Below, one piece after another: positions 57,661 through 64,000 of a DNA stretch of 64,000 bases (its first letter is position 1; every line of letters begins with the position of its first letter). The notes under the pieces are model-generated. The model was not told the origin of the DNA. It ran no database searches and worked only from the letters and a program-made list of their open reading frames with translations. The stretch is from Octopus vulgaris (Eukaryota), in the NCBI GenBank assembly GCA_951406725.2, contig OX597825.1:73036001-73100000 (forward strand). The letters run 5' to 3'. Made by a program: the position numbers and the translations under genes.

Positions 57661-60132
57661 CACGTTTGTATGGATTAACCGAAATTCGTTGCAGCAAATT
57701 TCCTACGGGAAAATGCTCTTCCGGTCGTCAGTCCTCACCTGTTTCTAAGCAACATAATATTTCCTCTTCTCCCTCAAAACTCAACGGCACAATGCCCAGA
57801 CGATATTTATTCACAATTACTCACAATTTGGGTGCGATAACAAGATAAGGAGACTTCCTCTCTTCGTCTCACACACTCGTATGTATGTATGTATGTCATT
57901 ATTCAGTTTATTTCAAGATTCCTTGCCAATAGAGAAAGAATCGGTTTCTAACCTAGATTCAAGGCTCCTTCATTGGAATTTCCACATAAAAAAAATGGTG
58001 TGTGTTTATGTATGTATGTATGTATGTATGTATGTATGTATGTATGTGCAGATTTACCACACTATTTCAATAAAGCTGGGGTTCACTTTACGGATGTACA
58101 AATCGCAAGGTGACGCCACCAGTGTTAGTGCCGCAAAAAAAATCCCCCAATACATTCTAAATGACTGATAATCGATTCGAACAGCGACAACGCAGTGCTT
58201 GAGAGAGTTCTTTAGGCTTGCTGATGACAAGCAACCTTACGAGTGCTGGTGCCAAATAAGAAAGATAAAAAAGAACTAAGTACATTCTGTAAATGTCTAG
58301 GATTAGGAAAGACATTCAAATATAGAAAACTATGCACGCCCCAATAGATATTGGGGCCAACACACGGTCCTCCAACCTGTTGAACTCTGTTGAAATTGTC
58401 TATTCATCCTAGCATGGAATGCGGATATAAAATAACGACGGCGCCGACTACTACGATGATGGTGATGGTAATAGTGATTATATATATATAACACACATAT
58501 ATATATACAAAAACACACCCACAATAGAAAATTTATGCGAGGAAAATATCAAAGTCAAAAGAAATATATACGATTAAGTGCTTAATGACTAAGATAAGAT
58601 GGTAGTGGTGGTGATGGTGGTGGTGATAATGGTTGTGTTTAATTGGGGGGGGGGGATGATAGTAATGATGGTGGTGTTGGTAACACTGGTTGTGATGGTG
58701 ATGTACTTGTGTTTCGCAATATTATGAAATAATATTAATATTCCTCATGAAATGGCAGATTAAAATAGGAGAGGTGGAGGGAGGTCATAATAATAAACAA
58801 GACCAGTCTTAAAGAGATAGAATATAAGGACAGTCTTAAATATGAAAGCACGAAAGGTTATTAAGATATCAAGAGATGTGTTAAAGATGAAGGAAGCCGG
58901 TATTGAATTAATACGGTGTAAAATCTTAGTGAAAGAAAGGCAAGGAAATCAAAGGACACACAGATGTGTTATTTTTATTTATTTTTAAAGTAAGTCTGTT
59001 CAATAAAACTTGTTATCGATAACGAAGTGAGCAGATTGTATTTGATTAATTGTTCTAAGTGAACTTTCTAGAAAATAAACTCATACAAAAATCAAAGACA
59101 AAAATTATGTGAGACACTAAATTTTATTTAAAAAGAGATATACTATTTGATGTCTGCTTGTGTACTGAAATGATTCCAGACGACAGGCAGCAAAAGAAGA
59201 CAGACGAAGAAGGATGGAGAAGAAACCGGAAGAGATGAAAAAATAATATAATAACTTTAAGACAGCTGAAAAGAATGACTTGAAAAGAAAGCCAGACAAA
59301 TATGAATAATAAAAAGAAGGATGAGGCGGAGAAGAAGGGGAGAAGGTGGAGGAGGAGATGGGGAGGAGATAGATGAGGAGGAAGTAATCTATCCCCGAAC
59401 ACAAAAATGTTTCTAAAATTGTACATAATATCCACGTTTCTACATTCTCTGGGCGGCAGTAATATGAAATTTCTCGGATAAACATGGTGTGCGGCTTCTA
59501 GCATAATCCACTTTATTTTAAGTTATGGTAACATATTTGATTCCAATGTCTTTAACTTTCGAGATATACCGAGATGGAGAGGTGAAATTAGTCCTGTCTC
59601 ACAACATATACTTACTGGCAGACTAGATGACTGGTGTTATTTCCCACTTTTAACTCTTGCCTGAAAGCACATAAGAAAAAACGACTAGCGGTAACATGTA
59701 TAACATCATAAATACAGAAACAAAAACACTAGTCTCTCAACTAAAAGTAGGAAACTACTTTGTACATTCTACATTACTCTTAAGGATCCTAAGAAAAACT
59801 TCTATTCAATCTTAAGTGTAAATTAATAAATGTCTCAAAAAATGGGCTGGGAATAATTGGCATGTGTACACCAAGCTCAATTAACATTAAAATTATGTTA
59901 TCCAACTCGAGATTAAACCAACAGCACTGCAGCACTATGTAGAAAGCAAAGCACTCTATTGGATTCTATTGGAATTGTAAGCGTTTATATCTGAACCTAT
60001 CTTCATGAAAGACCTCTAGGTATGTTCTAAGTCCAGTTGTGCTTGAATCTCTAAGTCTTCAGTTATGGTGTCCCAGTGATCATGCAAAAGTTGCTGAGAA
60101 TTGGATGATGAATCGACATACCCATATATCCC

Positions 60133-60163
<31 letters not shown>

Positions 60164-60343
60164 ATCACTTCACAACCACGCAGTTTCGGGTTCAGTCACA
60201 CTACACGGTACTTTAGGTATATGTCTTTTACTATAGCCCCGGGTCGATCAATGCTCAGTGAATGAATTTGGTTGGCGGAAACTGTGGAAATTTGTCGTAT
60301 ACATACACGCACACACACATGTATGTATGTATATATGTATGTA

Positions 60344-61233
60344 CTTGCTGACGTACCCGGTAATACCCTGGAAAGTGGGGCTTATCCCTCGGTTCCGTTC
60401 ACATAATTGTTTCGTTAATCCAATAACAACAATACAGAGTATGTAGCCCTTAAAACGGTTTTTGCCCATTTACAGAGAATACCGAACTGTCTTACACAGG
60501 ATCTTGTTTTTAGGAATTCCCAATAAATTATGAATACCCAAATTGTGAAGTCAGTTATGTAATAACATAAAATTAGTTACCCGATAGTAAGAATTCAAAT
60601 AAAGTGAAAAGTGCTTTAATGCATTCTCAGAGTATATATAACATAGGAGGAAATACTAATAAGGTATGCATACTAAAATCGTGAAGCATGTTATGCAATA
60701 ATAGGCTAATCGGATATGAGATGATAACAATTCAAAGTAAATAACTCTGAAAAGGACTTTTGTGCATTCCCAGAGAATATTACCCTCAGGGGCGCTAGTG
60801 TTGGTATATTCGTGAATAAGTCATTAACCGAAATAAGTGGATCGATTGTTTAAGGGTTGTATTTACTTGTTTAAGTGTTGCAGTGGATAAATTACGAAAA
60901 TAACTCTAACAGTTCAAATACTAAGAAATAAGCATACTCAATTCGATTTATACCAAATGATTTAGGAAAATGAATAGGTTATTTCCCTTGGCTGTTAAAA
61001 TCTGGGCGAATGGGTTATTTTCCTTGGCTGTTAAAACGAAATATATTAGATATATATATAAGGATCCCTTCCAGGGGCTCTATTATCGATTTTTCAACAA
61101 TCTAAGTATGCCACGAGATTTCCAGATATGAGTGCTACTCGTGTCAAGTTTCATCAAAATCGATAAAACGATGTAGGAGGTGTTAGCTAACAACTCCACA
61201 AACACAGACAGAATTTCTCATATATGTAGCAGA
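60344..61233 (-). mobile_element. Older non-autonomous Helitron
   Basis: A|TC start, CCAGGGTATTACCGGG hairpin, CAAG|T end; shares the AAGTTTCATCA motif with the other copies. Confidence 0.55.
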
Positions 61234-61273
61234 TGTTTATAAATCCAAATTGAGGGAGTGAAACAGGTAAAAT

Positions 61274-61362
61274 CCAGGATACATATGTTTCCTAGCTAGT
61301 AGATCCTCTGATGTAATTATTACTCAGCGAGGGGTACCCAGATTGCTATTCATCAGGCCGAG
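61274..61362 (-). ncRNA. Degenerate type I hammerhead motif
   Basis: CTGATGA-ATAGC..GCTAG-GAAAC ATAT GTA; mismatches at the base of stems I and II. Confidence 0.5.
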
Positions 61363-61510
61363 GGTACTTTAATTATATAAAGGTTACATTGTCGATTGGA
61401 AATCCGAAGTTAACTCGCCATACGTACACGGTCCACTTTTTGTTTTCTACACCTTCTACAGACTGCCTGAAACTTACAAACTTTCAGCACTTGAATCCTT
61501 GGATCTTACT

Positions 61511-61617
<107 letters not shown>

Positions 61618-61971
61618 GTAGTCAATTCGAAGAAGTTAGATCCACATTGGGAATTATATAATCCAACAGATTCCACCGGTTAATCACTATCGTATAATAC
61701 AAAAATCACTGCTATATATGAGGGATTATTGTAGTAATACATATTATTAATATTGAAGGAGAAAAATAGACGCATGAATAATTTATTTATATGATATAAA
61801 AATGATGAATTTTTTTTCTAAAAACATAACAATAGAAATAAATTGTAAATTGTAAAGCTCAAATTTTTTGAGCTTGTTTTATTATATTTTTCAAAAAAAT
61901 TTAACAATTTTATATCATACAAATAAATTATTCATACATCCATTTTTTTCTCCATTTTCTTTCCATCAATA

Positions 61972-62074
<103 letters not shown>

Positions 62075-62204
62075 CAAATAAGAAAATGGAGAGGATACAA
62101 AAACGACATACATCAGTCGGTAGACATTCTAGTATGTCTATCTCAAAGTATTAGAAAGTTTTAGAAGAATAGTTGGTTGGTTTCCCAGCTTCTAACTCAT
62201 ACAG

Positions 62205-62244
<40 letters not shown>

Positions 62245-62859
62245 TAATAAATAAAATATATGCATACATACAAACATATATGTACGTACCTACATCTACA
62301 TGTACATATACATGCATATATAAACATATACGTAAGTACAGGACACATGCATATATAAACATATACGTAAGTACAGGACACCACAACTAGATATAGAACT
62401 CAACGAGAACCGAAAACGGAAAAACAAGCATGGAACAAACCATTTGTTTACAACAGAAAACAGAGTACAAGACAAACTACACAAGGAAAAATCCCCTTCA
62501 TCAGCTGTCCCTAGTTCGACTCTAGCGTGTTTCGAAGGTAAGACAGAACACGACTCGTCGAAACTAGCCCTTCCTGCGAGAGAATTAAAATAAAATTACT
62601 TCGCAGAGGGGTAAAAACAAGAAAGAAAAAAATAAAATGTAACGCAAACAAGACGTAAAAACGATACAAATAAAAATACAAAATAAAATACAAGATGGAA
62701 ATACATGTACAAGAAAATACAATACGAGAAATAAAAATAAACTTATATACACAAATAATCAACCAGTTAAAATGCTCCCACAGACAGCATCCACCTTCAG
62801 CAACAGTGGAAAGGCTGGAGTTGGAAAACTTCATCTGCAGACCAATATGAAAATCTGCA

Positions 62860-63969
62860 TTGAAAATTAAAGAGCTGCAGAGGAACAGTGGGTAATAAAA
62901 AAAATGAAGCAGAACCCAAAAGTGTTCTATTCATATGCAAAAAAGCATAGGAACCCTGTCTCCCTCGTTGGTACACTGATCAAAGATAACGGCATTCTCC
63001 AACATGATGTTAAAGAAATGGCAGAAGTACTGCAGAAAAAACACTGTTCTGTCTTTAATGATCCCACTGGTATTGACGCAATGATGTGAACGATGTCGAT
63101 CCTCAACATATAATCTCGGACGTAACCTTTACTGCTTCAGACATCATAGCAGCAATAAATGAGATCAAATACTATTCTTCTGTAGACCCTGATAAATTCC
63201 CCGCTAGTCTCCTGAAGGAATGTAGAAACCAACTTGCAGTCTCTCTAACCAACCTCTGGAGAAATTCCTTAGACTTAGATTATAATAGCTCTTATCTCAG
63301 TCTGTCATCCCGTTTTCAAATAGAGAAACACATCCCTCGCAGTCAACTATCGCCCAATCTCACTCACCTCCCATATCATTAAAGTGTTTGAAAGGGTGGT
63401 GAGATCAAGGATTGCTGGCTTCTTGTAGAGCCACACATCGTTTCTCCTTCTTTGAACGGCCACACCTCGAATACTGCTTGCCCCTGTGCTCTTCCCATAC
63501 AAAACAAAACTTTTCGAAAATTGAATCACCCCAGAGGGCATTCACTAAACGAATTAAGGGCATGACTGATCTCGATTACTGGGACTGCCTTAAAGCCTTC
63601 ACGATCTACTCTCTTCAGCGCCGCCGTGAGCGGTACATTATTTGCACGATGTGGAGAATATACCACCAGTATTGTCCAAACTACCTTAACATTCGTTTTA
63701 GAATTCATCCAAGGCTAGGACCACGGACCATACGTTCCCTACTCAATTCAGGATCACAACACATAAATACACTGCTACACAATTTCTTTTCCTCAACAGG
63801 CCCTGCTTTATTTAACATTGTCCCGAAACAGATCAAAGAGGAACCCTTTAAACGGAATCTAGATAAATTTCTTCAAGGAATACCAGATAAGCCACCTATA
63901 CCTGGATACAGCATATTCAACAAGAACTCACTACTCGAATGGACTTTGATACCTCAAAGCTTGGCTTAA
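62860..63969 (+). mobile_element. CR1-clade LINE ORF2 relic, frameshifted and internally deleted
   Basis: KQNPKVFYSYAK, AEVL...SVF, PDKFPASLLKEC, NYRPISLTSHIIKVFERVV, RPHLEYC, IESPQRAFTKRI, YSLQRRRER; RT catalytic core missing. Confidence 0.88.
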
Positions 63970-64000
63970 AAGGATTTAGCTAATCCTGTCAGGTGGTGCT

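Overview
This is AT-rich, repeat-dense animal genomic DNA. The SINE, microsatellite and intron style suggests a coleoid cephalopod (Octopus-like); that is an inference. The ORF track is mostly repeat noise, and the real genes had to be read exon by exon. (1) + strand, 85-21633: the last 16 coding exons of a neurochondrin (NCDN) orthologue, all GT-AG with consistent phases; the 5' end lies outside the window. (2) - strand, 45616-25908: seven coding exons of LRRC23 (ciliary/flagellar leucine-rich-repeat protein), converging on NCDN, with an RFX X-box promoter candidate near 50.9 kb; the terminal exon is unresolved. (3) Two tRNA-Ala(AGC) genes nested in LRRC23 introns, created by a local duplication. 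(4) A candidate small protamine-like (Arg/Lys-rich) gene on the - strand at about 53.2-57.3 kb, absent from the ORF track. (5) Several type-I minimal hammerhead ribozyme motifs in Penelope-like fragments beside (AT)n tracts; four lie in LRRC23 introns, all sense to the pre-mRNA and each with a core lesion. (6) Mobile DNA: mariner and rosa-like Tc1/mariner relics, piggyBac- and Merlin-type MITEs, non-autonomous Helitrons, R4/Dong and CR1-clade LINE fragments, four SINE families (one forming TSD-flanked head-to-tail multimers with a fixed junction), and many fold-back palindromes. All homology calls come from recalled family sequences, not database searches; repeat boundaries are approximate.
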